From: Azolla caroliniana
Taxonomy: Eukaryota; Plantae; Polypodiophyta
Length of the DNA: 64,000 bases
Assembly: GCA_043228905.1 (NCBI GenBank)
Contig: JBHGNT010000017.1
Span: forward strand, 11,780,001 to 11,844,000
Reading direction: 5' to 3'
Shown: in pieces, positions 1-13,350 of the stretch
Layout: each line of letters opens with the position of its first letter
Numbering within the stretch: position 1 is the stretch's first letter
Notes under the pieces: generated by a model
What the model was told of the DNA's origin: nothing
Database searches by the model: none
Seen by the model: only the letters and a program-made list of their open reading frames with translations
Program-made: the position numbers and the translations under genes

Positions 1-2212
1 ATGGCTTGTACGAGACCGCAACGCAACCCCCAAGGCCTAGGAGAAGTCTATGATGGACCAGCAAGGGTGAAAGAAATCAACCTCGGGAAAGGCGCGGACT
101 CCAAACCGGTGTTCATAGCTACAGATCCCCAGCCCAACGAGGAGGCAGCCTTGATCACTCTCCTCACGGAATTTAGCGACGTGTTTGCATGGTCGTACAT
201 CGACATGAAGGGAGTCCCAGTTGAGGTCGTCACACATAGTATCCCCATGCGAGCCGATGCCCGCCCAATCCAGCAAAGGCCATGTCCAATGAACCCTAAC
301 TACGCCCAACAAGTGAAAGCCGAAATCAACAAAATTTTGGTTGCAGGCATTATCTACCCAATCAAACGAACTACTTGGGTCTCCCCAATTGTGGTCGTCC
401 CAAAGAAAAACGGCCAGATCCGCATATGTGTAGACTACCGCCAAGTTAACGAAGCCACTATCAAGGACAATTACCCGGTACCCTACATCGAACATTTACT
501 CGAAAGAACCGCGGGAGCAGAAGCGTATAGCTTCATCAACGGGTTCTCCGGGTACAACCAAATCTCAGTGGTCCCTGAGGATCAACACAAGACAGCTTTC
601 GCCACGGAATTTGGTACGTTTGCGTATAAACATATGCCTTTCGGACTCACGAGCACCTTGAGCACCTACCAAAGAGCGGCGGACCATATCTTTGCCGCAA
701 GGTTACGACAAGGGGTGGAGTTTTATGTCGACGACTTATGTTGCAATTTGAAATGGCATGACCACTTGGGGCTACTCTGTTCAACGTTCGAAAAATGCAG
801 AACCTATCAACTCTCTCTCAACCCGCTCAAGTGTCAGTTCTGGGTCAAGCACGGATTAATATTAGGACACGTCGTGTCCTGCCACGGGATCTCGACTGAT
901 GAGGCAAAAGTAAAACTCATCCTCGACATGCTCCCCCCACGAACGAGAAACAACTACAAGGGTTCATGGGATACGCAGGTTACTATAGACGCTTCATTAA
1001 GATGTTCGCGGACAAGGCTAGACCACTCTACTCCCTATTAAAGCAGTTCGTGTGGACAGAAGAATGCACACACTCCTTCAAGATCTTGAAAGAATGCCTA
1101 ACTAAGGCCCCCATCCTCCGGCCTCCCGATTGGGCCAAAGAATTCCACGTGCACATCGACGCTTCCGGCTTCGCGATTGGTGCAGTGCTAGCCCAACCCG
1201 GTGAAGGGGCACTTGACCTACCAGTCACCTTCGCTAGTCGCCAGCTAAAAGTTGCGGAACGAAATTATTCCACGACGGAACGGGAGGCTTTGGCCATGGT
1301 CTACAGCATAAAGAAATTCCGCCACTACCTGTTGGCGTCCCGGTTCTCGTTTTTTGTAGACCATCAAGCCCTACTCTACTTAGTAAACAAAACTCACGCC
1401 ACTGGACGCATCTCACGATGGATCGTAACGTTACTCGAGTTCGACTTCAAGGTATTAGTGAGAAAAGGGAAAGACCATGTACTCACCGATCATTTCTCCC
1501 GGATTCCCAACGGAGAAGAAGCCATTGGGGTCGATGATGAAACACCAGATGCAACATTATTCGCGATCGATACCGTACCAACATGGGCATCAGACATAGT
1601 TCGCGTCCTAACCGAAGGAGCGTCCTTCCTAAAACAACTACCACGAACACACGTGCTATCCTTACTAAAGAAATGTGGCCCCTTCACGATGCTCCGAGGC
1701 AATCTGTACTGTCGGGGTAACGACGATCTACTTCAGAGGTGTATAACAGACTATGACGTCGTCACCACCCCTCGAACAAGCTCATTGTAGGAGCGGAAGT
1801 GGTCATTTCAATCACAAGACCACTGCGCGCAAGATCCTCCAGTCCGGCCTATGGTGGCCAACACTCTTCAAAGACGCATACGCGTACGTACGTCGCTGTG
1901 ATGAGTGCCAACGTTTCAAATCATTCGAGAAATGGGGTATCTACTTTATCGGCCCAATCAGCCCAGCTTCCAACCTCAACCGATACAAAATAACCGCCAC
2001 CGACTACGCCACCAAGTGGGTTGAATTTAAAGCTTGCGTTTACGTCAACACGCGTAGTACTGCCAAATACCTATATGAAAATGTCATCGTACGGTTTGGA
2101 TGTCCGCTTGAAATCATTAGTGACCAAGGCTCACATTTCCTAAACGAGGTGATAACACATTTATTAGGCGAGTTTATGGTAACACACCGCAAAAGTTCTC
2201 CTTATTACCCTC
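1..2212 (+). pseudogene. Non-chromoviral Ty3/gypsy pol remnant (RT, RNase H, integrase); cut by the window start and by an LTR at 2213
   Basis: RT motifs in 1-1041 (VSPIVVVPKKNG, CVDYR, MPFGL, YVDD); RNase H in 966-1790 (HIDASG, NYSTTEREAL, VDHQAL); integrase in 1753-2238 (HHCC remnant, TDYATKW, IISDQGSHF); spread over three frames. Confidence 0.92.
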
Positions 2213-2674
2213 TGTTACCGGCTGGCAAGAAGGCTTAAGGAGGTCCAAACCAGAGTGTAAAAAGGAATAGTTTATTCGGGAACTGTTGTAATTAGTAGTC
2301 TTAGTATATATATTAATATATGAGAAGAAGTGGACGGACGGATCGGAATCGATATGCTGATCCGGATACGGACCGATCCCGAAAAGGTACCGGTTGGCAC
2401 CGTTTTGTATTTCGCACCGGGGACCTATATAAAGGCCCGGTTACAATGTAATCGAGAGCGGATAATTAATAGAGCTTATTGTCTTAATCTGCCAGTGTTG
2501 ATTACCGTTCTGTGCTTATTGTTATATCTTGTGCGTGTTAATGATGTGTTGCTAAGTAATCGATTAAGGTCTAATTAAGCATTGTGCCGTAAGTCATTCT
2601 GCCATAACACCCTTTGGTGAAGTGTCTTAAGTGGACACCTTGTGTTAGGCTGTTGTCCGGCCCTAGGATTAACA
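2213..2674 (+). repeat. 5' LTR of a gypsy element (TGTTA...TAACA), no partner LTR in window
   Basis: Terminal inverted pentamer, TATATAAA near 2426, followed by a PBS-like TGGCGACCAC. Shares blocks (GGCACCGTTTTGTA, CACCCCTTT, GACACCnTGTGTT) with the LTR at 62164-62649. Confidence 0.75.
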
Positions 2675-2681
2675 CAGTTTT

Positions 2682-2691
2682 TGGCGACCAC
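2682..2691 (+). promoter_or_regulatory. Primer binding site, probably tRNA-Arg type (TGGCGACCAC)
   Basis: Starts with TGG, 7 nt after the LTR end; matches my recollection of the plant tRNA-Arg(UCG) 3' end. A degraded homologue lies at 48912. Confidence 0.6.
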
Positions 2692-2938
2692 GATTCCTGC
2701 ACAAGCGCAGTGAACAACGGCGGGATTGGATAACTAGGCCAACAGACGACCCGGTTACTGAGAGAGCACAAAGACTTGTTGAACGGAGAAGGCGGCGAGA
2801 GGCTTTCCAGCAAGCAGCGGAAGAAATCCGAAATGATCAATCATTTTCCAAAGTGATCCGGAAAGTGGCGGAGGAGTCGCTCCGTTTGCAACAAAACTCC
2901 TACGAAGCAGCTTAAGCAGTCTCCGGGAAGCGGAATCG

Positions 2939-4736
2939 TGTTGAGAGACAAGCTCAACATCGGCCGGTTCGGCTGAAGAAGCCGAGGACCGGATCGGTTG
3001 GGACCGATCGGTTAGGCCGAGTGCGTACACCGGGAGGTCGTTAGGATAGATATTCCGTGAGGAATATATTTGGGAGTTAGTGTAGGAGCTCTTGATGAGC
3101 ATTGAAGTACTGTCGGTACTTCGGTCAGTCCTTCTAGGACTTGTATAAAAATGTTCACTGAGCACGTCTTATGTACAGACTGAGTATTATTGTTGAATAT
3201 AGTTTTTTGTGTCTTCTCTCTGTCTCTCCCACGTATACAGTGTAAGCTCAAGCTCTCCATTGAACCTGAGTTTCCTTCCTTTTGTTCGGTCTTCATACTT
3301 ACTTCCGCACGTTGCTTTCTACATGGTATCAGAGCGCGAGGGTTGAGAACCTCTCTGCAGCCAACGTCATTACATGCTGAGTATGCTCTTCAAACTCAGG
3401 ATGGCAGACTGTAAGTCCATCTCGACTCCTCTGGACAGAACCGTCAAACTTCGTCCCCATACGGGAAAGGTATGCGACCCGACAAGGTTCCGACAAATTG
3501 TCGGTAGCCTCATATACTTGACCATCACCCGACCCGACCTCAGTTATCCGGTCAGAGTGATCAGTCAGTTCATGGCGCGACCTATCGAGGAGAACCTTCA
3601 TTGTGCGCAACGTGTACTTCGGTATGTAAGCGGCACTAAAGACTGCGGACTGCTATATCGGACCGGTGCAGCCGTGCAGTTAGTGGGCTACACCGATGTT
3701 GATTGGGCTGGCAACGCCGTCGATTGCCGATCCACGTCTGGATACGCGTTCTCCCTCGGGAGTGCCGCGATCGCGTGGTGCAGTAAGAAGCAACTGACAG
3801 TTGCTCTGTCGAGCACCGAAGCTGAGTACCGAGGAGCGGCTGTCGCGACATGTGAAGCTATATGGTTGAAGCGGCTACTTAAGGAATTGCAAGAGGAGGT
3901 GACCGATCCAACGACGATCTACTGTGACAACCTCAGTAGCATCCAACTCGCGAAGAACCCCGTCTTCCACGCACAGACCAAGCACATTGAGGTGCACTAC
4001 CATTTCGTCCGTGAGTGTGTCCTTTCCGGTGAAGTCGAACTTCAGTACGTTCCGACGGATCGGCAGGCTGCCGACATCTTCACCAAGCCTCTTCGTCTGG
4101 ACAAGTTGCGGCAATTCTCAGGTGCGCTCAGGTTGCGTCACCTTGACGTGCCGAACTTGAGGAGGAGAATAGTCCCGAACGACCAAGCAAGGCAGCAGGA
4201 AAGGAGCGGACACCGCGACACCGAGTCGGTTGACAAGTTCGACATCGGATCGGCTGAAGAAGCCGAGGGCGGACCCGCGGAATTGTTCGGAAGCAGATAG
4301 AAGGGGAGAAACCGAAGGAGAGAGCCGAAGCCAACCACGCATGGGGAAGATGACGGCATCGAAGGTGAGAAGACCGAAGACGAGTTGGAGACAACCAACT
4401 CGGACGAGAGCGAAAACCAATCGGAGGTAGCCGAGTCTGTCCGGATGTTTGATTCAGACACGTTGAATCAACCGAGGCCCAAGCGGAAGAAAAGGCAACA
4501 GAAGAAACTGTGTCGACACCGCAACAACAGAAGAGCTGATAAGGGCCGTATGAGCAGACGAGCCGACCGGAAGGGTCGAAGCGCGCGGAGTCGAATAGGT
4601 CGAGGAGCGCGAGCGAGGCGTGAAGCCAGGAGGAACTGGAGCTATGAGCCCAAGGATCCCGAAGAGCCTTGAGTTGAGCTTGAGGGGGAGTGTTGAGAGA
4701 CAAGCTCAACATCGGCCGGTTCGGCTTTAGAAACGC
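2939..4736 (+). mobile_element. Internally deleted Ty1/copia element with 3' LTR truncated after 46 bp
   Basis: 5' LTR 2939-3323 (TG..CA), tRNA-Met PBS TGGTATCAGAGC 3324-3335, then directly the RT C-terminus and RNase H. PPT AGGGGGAG 4683-4690; 4691-4736 is identical to the start of the 5' LTR. Confidence 0.88.
3362..4300 (+). pseudogene. Copia RT C-terminal part plus RNase H with a C-terminal extension
   Basis: [70 protein letters not shown]. Confidence 0.9.
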
Positions 4737-6968
4737 GGGCTATATTTTTAGCCGCGCTCCGGGAACCTCTACGAACGGTATGCACGGTCATCGACTTTCG
4801 CACAAGCATTGTCGACCAGGTCATCGACCGGGTTACAGAAATGGAGAAAACGAGCTCTTGGCTAACAATGGGATCCCTCCAACGAGAGTTACCAACCAAT
4901 GAGGATCTCCGGTTCCGGCAAGGAATCGAATGCACGACCTGCTTGAATTCCGGACACTCGTCACTGGAGTGCACCATGCGGACGCACTGCTTACTCTTCC
5001 AATCTACGAGCCACACGATGGACCGGTTCGAATATAACTTATTGAATCGGCTAGCACCACCAGTTCGGCAAATCGAGCCACGTAGCAGCCGAGACGAAGA
5101 AGACGAACGATGGCGGCGAGAGGAGCGATATCGACTGGCACAGGATGTCCGGTACGACGATCGGCGAGACAACTATGACCGGTACAAGAGATATGACAAG
5201 TACCGAGATTACAATGGATGGTACGAGCATCACAACCGGGATCACTCCCCCGGGTATCACCAACGACGGGAGGATTACGGGAGGTATGACAACCAACCCC
5301 GGCAAGGGTACCGCAACAAAAAGAACTTTAATAAAAAACAGCATTTCAAACCCACGTGAACCGGAAAAAGGCGCCTCAAGTAGCCAACCGGACCAAAGCC
5401 CCGCGATTACCACAGGTCCTCCACCGGGTATAGGAAACAATGCCGAATGCAACAATACCCGGAAAGCATATTGCTATTATTGCCGGCAAGAAGGACATTA
5501 TAGTAATCAATGTCTGGCAAAGAGCTATGATAAGCGACCGACAGTAAACATCGTAGTCGCCGAAGTCGTAGACCTCCAGCAGGTCACCACAAGGTCGAAG
5601 GGCAAGACGACGGAATGGGAGACACAAGAGGCCATCCGGAAACAGGCAACGGAATGGGTGAAAAAGGCAAATGAGTTAAATGTAGCAGAACTTGCGCAGC
5701 AAAAGGAGAACACCGAAGAGCTCGCCGGCGGCAGTCAGTCCGAAAACGCTACATGGGAGGCATTGCAGGAATGCCAGGTCACAGTGCCGTTAGGACGACT
5801 CTTGCAGCTAGTACCAAGATTCACAGAAGGACTCAAGCCCGGCATGACGACAGGCGGCACACCACCGGCTCCAGCATTCTTCTCAAATCCGGAAGAGGGA
5901 CCGGCGGTGGTGGACACCAACAGTCCGGCAATTACTGCCATTGTGAAAGTGAAAGAACTCCCCGGCACGATAATAGACGGAGGCCTACAACGTTAATGTA
6001 ATCAGCCTCCGGACGTGCGATGCTCTTGGAATCTAGCAGTGGGAGCCATGTCCGTTCTGGCTTCGAATGGCGGACACAAGTTCGGTGCGACCGACAGGAT
6101 TAATACGGGACTCAGAAGTAACCATCGGGGGCCACACATTCCGAATCTCAGCCGTAGTTCTCCAGTTGTAGGCTCAAGGAGCGTACCCATTATTGTTGGG
6201 ATGCCCTTGGTTAAAGACGGCACACATCAAGCAGAACTGGAGGAGGAATATGATTACATTCCGGTGGGGAAAAGCGGAGGTATGGGTACCAACACAACCA
6301 GGGAAGGGCACCGGCAAGGATCTGAAACCGTTATATGCGGAGTGCGTCAACATGCTGGAAGGATTAGCAGACAAAGAAGAAGATCAGTACTTGCAGGAGA
6401 ACCCGAAGATTGTACCCCTATTCAAAATTGACGTCGCCGAAGCGGTATCACCCTACTTTTTGCAACCGGACAGAACTGAAGCGGAACCTGATAAAGAAGC
6501 AATTCGGGAGTTACGGCAAGTGCAGGAGGCATTGGAAAGAGAAATGGCCGTACCACAGCGCGTAAAAGCGTATCAATTAGAAGAGGTAAATCTAGGAACG
6601 GTGGAGGAGACAAAACCGGTGCACATCGCCAAAGAAATGAATGTAGAGAACAAAACAGCGATAATTACACTCCTCAACAAGATTTGTGACGTATTTGCCT
6701 GGTCGTACGAGGATATGAGAGGGCTGGATCCTCAGTTGTATCAACAACATATACATCTGAGCAAAGACACCAAGCCGGTAGCACAACGTCGGTACCAGAT
6801 GAACCCAGACTACGCCGCCAAAGTCAATGAGGGTTGGCTTCATCCGTCCCGTAAAGAAATCTACATGGCTGAGCCCGATCATAGTCGTACCGAAGAAGAA
6901 CGGCAAAATTAGAGTTTGTGTCGACTACTGGAAGCTCAATGCGGCAATGGTAACGGATGCATTTCCAC
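4737..6968 (+). pseudogene. Gypsy gag C-terminus, zinc knuckles, protease and RT N-terminus; same lineage as 31479-46372
   Basis: LRFRQGIECTTCLNSGHS aligns with LQFRQAVQCTTCLNTGHS in ORF 40364-45136. Also CYYCRQEGHYSNQC, IIDGG protease, LLGCPWLKTAHIKQNW and LSPIIVVPKKNGKIRVCVDY. Frameshifted; ends at TDAFPL. Confidence 0.88.
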
Positions 6969-7893
6969 TTACATGCGAAGGAATCCGAGCTTTGGGCAGG
7001 AATGAGGAGCACGGATGAGGAGGCGGTGGCAGTTAATCATGAAGAAATTGCAAACTTCAAGAAATCTGGAGAAGAAGCATGCAACCGTTGCCAAGCCATA
7101 ACAGACAACATGTGCATCCTTTTGCAAATGAATCGGGAGAGGTTTACAACGCAATTAAAAACGGCGCTAGACAAAGGATGGATGGTGTGGGCTGCACAAG
7201 TGGCGGAACTGCATACGTATCGAGCGGATTGGGAGAACCGAAGGAAAGACGGACGAGGGTTCTACAAACTCAATGAGGAAAGCATTGCGGCAGTACGCGA
7301 GGACCTAGCGCAGGACTATCGCACGCTAGCGGACCAACATTTCGAGGAACTCACGCAGCTACTAGATGATTTTGGCGAAAATCAGGACGGCCTGTTTCAC
7401 CAAATCACGCAAGCCGGCAGCACGGGAACAAACGAGGAATCCATCGCGACACCAATTCCGGATACTGCCGAACAAGAGGAACCTCAAGCCATGTCACCAG
7501 AAATTACCACTACGGTGAACAACACGAAACAACGAGTGGAGTTTCCCGCAATACCAGATAGCGAAACCACTGGAGCATACGCTTACGGTTGACCGCACGG
7601 AGGACGTTCTGGACCAAGAGGAGCGTACAACAACGGCCGACATCACGGAGGAAGTGACGGATGAAACAGAGTCGGGACCTACCGCAAGCCCACGGATGGT
7701 CGAACGAACCCCCATATCCCAAGAAGAGCCCGCAGAACCCGGACCGCCCACACAGGACGACCACGACACCATGAGAAGCCCTCTCGACCATGTAGGGGAA
7801 CTACACAACGATGCACCTATGGGCCCTACGCCATCCCTAGACCCGGACACCGTAGCAGAACCAAACATCAGGGCCATTTTGGAGGAAGATTAA
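6969..7893 (+). pseudogene. C-terminal part of the lineage's extra 3' ORF (ORF3), joined to RT by a large deletion
   Basis: GWMVWAAQVAEL...DWENRRKDGRGFYKL aligns with [12 protein letters not shown]...[15 protein letters not shown] (31980-33323, minus). Ends NIRAILEED*. Confidence 0.8.
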
Positions 7894-7940
7894 AGGGGTG
7901 GGTCCGACGTGCCATGGCACTGTCCCACAGGCAAGCCAGG

Positions 7941-8390
7941 TGTTGTCCACCGGAATAGTAACCGACGGTCAAGAACGCAGTAATATGGAATAGAATAATA
8001 TTGTAATGCATGTAAACGGTTCATGCGGGAAGCATGAACCGCTAGAAGACCATGCGTATATAAAGGGCAGAAAACCTCTGATAGAGGTAGCATGTAATTT
8101 TGAATGTAAAAGGCGTATTTTAATAGATTTCTATCTTCTCTGATGTCTGTGCGTATATGTGGTTAATCTACTGTGTGTCTATAATCCTTAAGAGCGTAGG
8201 CGTGAGTAATGGTGTGTGCGCTAGCCCACTGTCTAAGGAGCTCAGTTGTAGCCGTCTCCCTTAGAGGCTGCTAGGTTACGGGAGGTATCCCACTAAGTAT
8301 TACGCACAGACGCTACCATTCGTTGTCACAGAGACACTTTGAGGTCTAGGTCGAAGGACTAACCATAGACCGAGTTCCTAATCAGTAACA
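7941..8390 (+). repeat. 3' LTR of gypsy element (TGTTG...TAACA)
   Basis: Follows the ORF3 stop and the CCA-ended motif; TATATAAA near 8057; after 8390 the sequence switches to an unrelated protease fragment. Does not match the 2213 LTR. Confidence 0.7.
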
Positions 8391-11300
8391 ATTCTAGAAA
8401 AAGGGAAGATGACCAATCAATACAAACCACGGATGGAAGATTTGAGCGGCAAAAAAGGTCACAGAGACTTGTATGGAGCTTGTCCAAATATTAAAGTCAC
8501 GATTGAGGATGTGGAGATGGATCAACACTTCTTCGTCCAAGAGTCGGCTTCGCATACTATCATCCTAGGACAACCGTATATCACATCATCCCGGATGGAG
8601 ACCAAGGTGTTCGATAATGGAGCAGCCTTCACGTGAATCAAGAGTCTTGACAATCAAAGATCTGTCCAATTCTTAATGGTGCGAGCTAATCATGAAAGAA
8701 ATCGAGATAGTCTTGGAGGCGAATCCTCGGATTTTTAGAGCGAACTATTGAAGCATGGGGCATTGTTGACCGGCAAGCTCAACCGAATTCGGATCGGCAT
8801 TCGGAAGGATGAGCTGGATCAGTGAGACAGATTGGTGAGCCGGTGAGCAAATGAGCCAGTGAGCTGGGGAGCCGGTTAGCCGGATCAAAAAGTAACCAGA
8901 AGCCTAGTAATAGTCTAGACTGCTAGGTAATAATAGTCTCGTAGTCAGTGTCAGACGCTCGTGTGAGCATTGAAGTACATTGTACAGTGTTGTTGAGCAC
9001 AGAGAATGTACAGAGTGTTGATAATTTTTTGAATATAGATCTGTTGTTCTGCTCTCACATCTCTATGTCTTGTGCGTACCTTTTGTGTTTTGTGTCTAAC
9101 TATTTACCTTCTTTTCTGCTATTACCCGGCAAGCCGATTTGTCTAATGCTTCTACACGCTAGTTTTCACATGGTATCAGAGTGCAAGGGTTGAGAACCTC
9201 TGCAACCGATAGACGCTTCCAAAGACAAACCCTAACACCCGGTAAGAATAGACAGAAGAAGATATGGATAGAGGTATGGCGAGCTCACTTCCGATAGAAA
9301 AGCTCGACTGGAGCAACTACACCTCCTGTTCATACAAGATGCACCAGTATTTGGTGGGGCACGGGTATTGGAGCTATGTGGAAGGAGTTAACGAAGTAGC
9401 ACCGTAGCAAGCGCACAAGGACTTCCCGGTATGGGAGCAAGGAGCGAGCCAAGTACTATACTACCTCCCATCTTGTGTGCACGAGCAGATGCTCGGCCAC
9501 ATCAAGGATGCAAAGACGCCAAAGGAGGCCTGGGAAAATCTACGAAAACTTTTCGCCGCAAGTACCACAGTCCGTAGTTTGTAGCTCCGGCAAGAGCTGA
9601 ACAACATCCAGCAAAGAGACATGTTGGTTACGGAATACACCACCAAGATAAAGGAGATTTGCGACACGCTCGAGTCCATCAATGTGATGATGGATGAAGA
9701 CGAGATGGTACAAGCCTGCCTAGGTGGTTTAGCACGAAGGTACGGGCCAATCCAGACAATGATCTGCACGAGGGAGAAGCCATCATCCTTCCTCGACTTG
9801 CAATCAATGCTAATGGTTGAAGAAAACCACGCGAGTGGGTCAAGGGCCACTCAATCAGACAATAGAATGTTGTATACGGAGGTGGATCGGCCCCGTGGGC
9901 ATGGAGGACGAGCTGGGTCGGCACGCAATGGTAGTGGTCGGCAAGAGCAGGACCGAAGGCACAGAGAACGTGCCGACAACAATTCCGGACCCTCCACAAG
10001 TAGGGGGAGTCAAGGCGGCGCTGGAAGCCGGCAAGGGAAAGCCAACACGAAATGCTGGTTTTGTGGCAAGAAGGGCCACAAAGAAAGCGAGTGTTGGAAG
10101 AAGCGCGCCAATTCGGACAAATCCGGATCCGACAAGACCGGTAGGGAGAACCAGCAAAGCTCGCACAACGCGGGAGGATCCGAAACCGCATCATGCGAGC
10201 TTTGCCAGTAAAGGGCTAGCCCTCGTGATGAAACACAAGGCTAACTCGATGAAGAAGACCACTTCCAAATGAGAGGAAGTGTGGTACGTTGATTCTGGTG
10301 CGTCGAACCACATGACGAGCTACGAAGAGTGGTTCTCTTTCTTAGAGAAACCGGAACAACTTGGAGTTGTGGAAACCGCAGATGACACTCCACACCCAAT
10401 TGTGCATGTCGGAGAAGTCCCTTTGAGCCATGTCGGATAGAGGGGGAAGCTAATGAACGTACTACACGTTCCGACGATCACAAAGAACCTGGTATCGGTT
10501 AGACAGATCATTTACACACCTCGGGTGATTCATCGAGGAAGAGGGACAACTCATTGCGCAAGGACGTAGAGATAGGAAGATGTTCATCCTCGACACAAAT
10601 GACGTCAGCATTGCTCTATTTGCCAAAGGACAGAAGATTGAATCGGATATCGATCTCTGGCACAAGCAGATAGGCCATGTCAATTACCGAAGGCTTCAAG
10701 ACCTACAATTGAAACAAGTGGTGTTCGGTTTGCCAAAGTTTAGTGGCCGAAAGGCCCAAATTTTTGAAGCCTACCAACTCAGGAAGCAACACCGGCTTCC
10801 ATTCCCCACCGTACGAAAACGGAGCCATAACAAGCTCGACCTAATCCATTCGGATGTATGGGGACCAGCACAGAACGTTAGTTTGGCGGGAGTTGATATT
10901 TTGTCTCCTTCATCAACGACTACAACGGGCACACATGGATCTACCTCATCGAGCAGAAGAGCGAAGTCTTCGAGTGTTTCCGGAACCTCCAAAGGTTGGT
11001 TGAAAGGGAAACAGAGAGGAAGATCAAGTGCCTGTGGTTGGATGGTGGACAAGAGTATTTTTCTGGCCAATTCAATAGTTATCTTCAGAAGAAAGGAATT
11101 CAGAGAGAGTTTAGTTGCAGATACACACCGGAACAAAACGGTGTGGCTCAAAGGAAGAACCGATCGATTGTCGATGTGGCAAGGGCAATGCTGGAGGAGA
11201 AGAGCATGCCCAAGTTCTACTAGGCTGAGGTGGTCCGGATGGCTGTCTACATTCAGAACTAGATCGGTGACAAGGTGTCAGCACAGAAGTTGTATTTCGG

Positions 11301-13200
11301 GCGCAAGCCGAATTTGAGACACTTTTGGATATTCGGTAGCATTGCATATGTGCATGTGCTAGATGAGAGGCGGAAGAAGATGGATACTAAGTCGGAGAAG
11401 GGAATCCTAGTCGGCTACTCTCACGAACCAAAGGGGTATAAGTGCTATAACCTAGGACTAAGCAGGTCCAAGTAAGTCGGGATGTAGAATTTGTTAAGAT
11501 GACATCATGGTATGCCTTACCGGCTCCGACTTCCGACCCCGACCCAATACCGGAGGATGAGGCTAGTGAGCCTGAACTGGTCAAAATAGAAGACGAAGAG
11601 TTCGAGACTCTAGATGAGAGTCCGGAATCATTTCGGTTGAGTGGGCCGAACGAGCGACTGGGTCAAACAGACCAATCAGATGAGGAACTGACGGGTACTG
11701 GAGACTCTATCGTGCTCTCCCTGCACAAGAAACTGAGGAGACGGTTCACGCGCAAAGAGAAAGGGAAGTAGAAGATGCTGAATTACGAAACCGGCAACGC
11801 TGAGTCGAATCGGTGCAAATCCGACTCCAATAAGGAGGAAGGCGAATTTTCAGGAACAAAGTCCTAACCGGCCAAGAAAGGCCCCAAACTGTGTAACGAC
11901 AAGTTACGCCGGTCCTCCCGCTAGAAGAACCTCGTTAAGCGGTACGAGTACAATGAGTACATGGAGCATCACTATGCATACATGACCAAGGTGGCGGAAG
12001 TGCGTGAGCCAGAGAGCTACGTAGAAGCTGCAAAGGACGCAAATTGGCATGCCTCTATGAAGGAAGAAATGCAGGCACTCGATGCCAACGACACATGGGA
12101 CCTTGTTGACCCTCCCCGACACTACAAACCGATCAAATGTAAGTGGGTGTACATGGTATAGTACAATGCCGAAGATTCGGTCAACCGGTACAAGGCCCGG
12201 TTAGTGGCAAAGGATATGTGCAGACCCACGGAATCGACTATGATGAGACCTTCACTCCGGTAGAGAAGGTGACAACGGTTCGTGTGGTGCTAGCGGTTGT
12301 TGCAGCAAGAGGGTGACATCTTCACTAGATGGACGTGAAGAATGCATTTCTTCAAGGCGACCTTGAAGAACAGGTCTATATGATCCAACCTCCCGGTTCT
12401 CAGTCCGAGATGAACAAGTCAGCGGTGTGCCAACTCAAGAAGTCACTTGACGGCCTGAAACAAGCCCCCCGAGCTTGGAATTCAAAGATCACGCACTGGT
12501 TGCATAAGATGGGGTTTGTGGCCTCTAAATCTGACTCTTCATTCTTCATCCGGCAAGGTCCGATGTATTTTACTCTATGTACATGATTTAGTCATCATCG
12601 GACACAGACTCAATGAAATCAGCCACGTGAAGTCCCAGTTGTCGGATGCATTTGAGATGAAGGACCTGGGGGACCTTCATTATTTCCTTGGGATCGAGGT
12701 GATCCGAACCCCCAATGGCATATTGCTCTCACAACGACACTATGTGTTGAATATGCTGTACAAGTTCAGCATGACGGAATGCCGATCGGTCTCCACACCC
12801 TTGGACCGGAACCTAAAGCTTTGTCCCAACTCTGGACCGACCTGTGCTGAGAAACGGTTCAGACAAATTTTCGAAAGCTTGATATACCTAACCATCAGCT
12901 GACTAGACATTCGTTATCCGGTCGAACTGATTAGCCAATTTATGCAGACATCGATCGTGGAGCACCTTCAGTGCGCACATCGAGTATTGCGATATGTGAG
13001 CAGCACGAAGGACCGGGGAGTGTTATCCCAACATTGTATAACGAAAGAGCTAGTCAAATACACAGATGCCGATTGGGCCGGTGATGCATCAGATCGCTGA
13101 TCCACCTCTGGTTACATGTTTTCCCTTGGTATCACGACTGTTGCTGTTGGGATTTCGGTCCCTCCGGATGGGATGTCCGAAGATGAATGACGGCAAGCCC

Positions 13201-13350
13201 GAAGGCTGTTACGGAGCCGGATGTTGAAGACCCCGGTTACGGTACCGGATGATGAAGAGTACCCGGCATGAAGCCGGATGAAGAGTACCCGGCTACGGAG
13301 CCGGATGCTGAAGACCCCGGTTACGGAGCCGGATGACGTATGTACCCGGA
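13201..13350 (+). repeat. Degenerate ~26-30 bp tandem repeats in U3 (also 17988-18137)
   Basis: About five recurring units of the form (T)ACGGAGCCGGATG(nT)GAAGA(GTA)CCCGG. Confidence 0.8.

Noticed and set aside
6955-6975. Deletion ends here and near 49770 fall at adjacent RT positions (DAFPL / DGVLDAV), hinting at shared splice sites
   Set aside because: They are opposite ends of different deletions in different elements; no splice consensus can be judged from the junctions and two cases fit chance.
2213-8390. A single gypsy element bounded by LTRs 2213-2674 and 7941-8390
   Set aside because: The LTRs do not align, the flanks (CCCTC vs ATTCT) are not a TSD, and a deletion junction at 4736 joins different elements.
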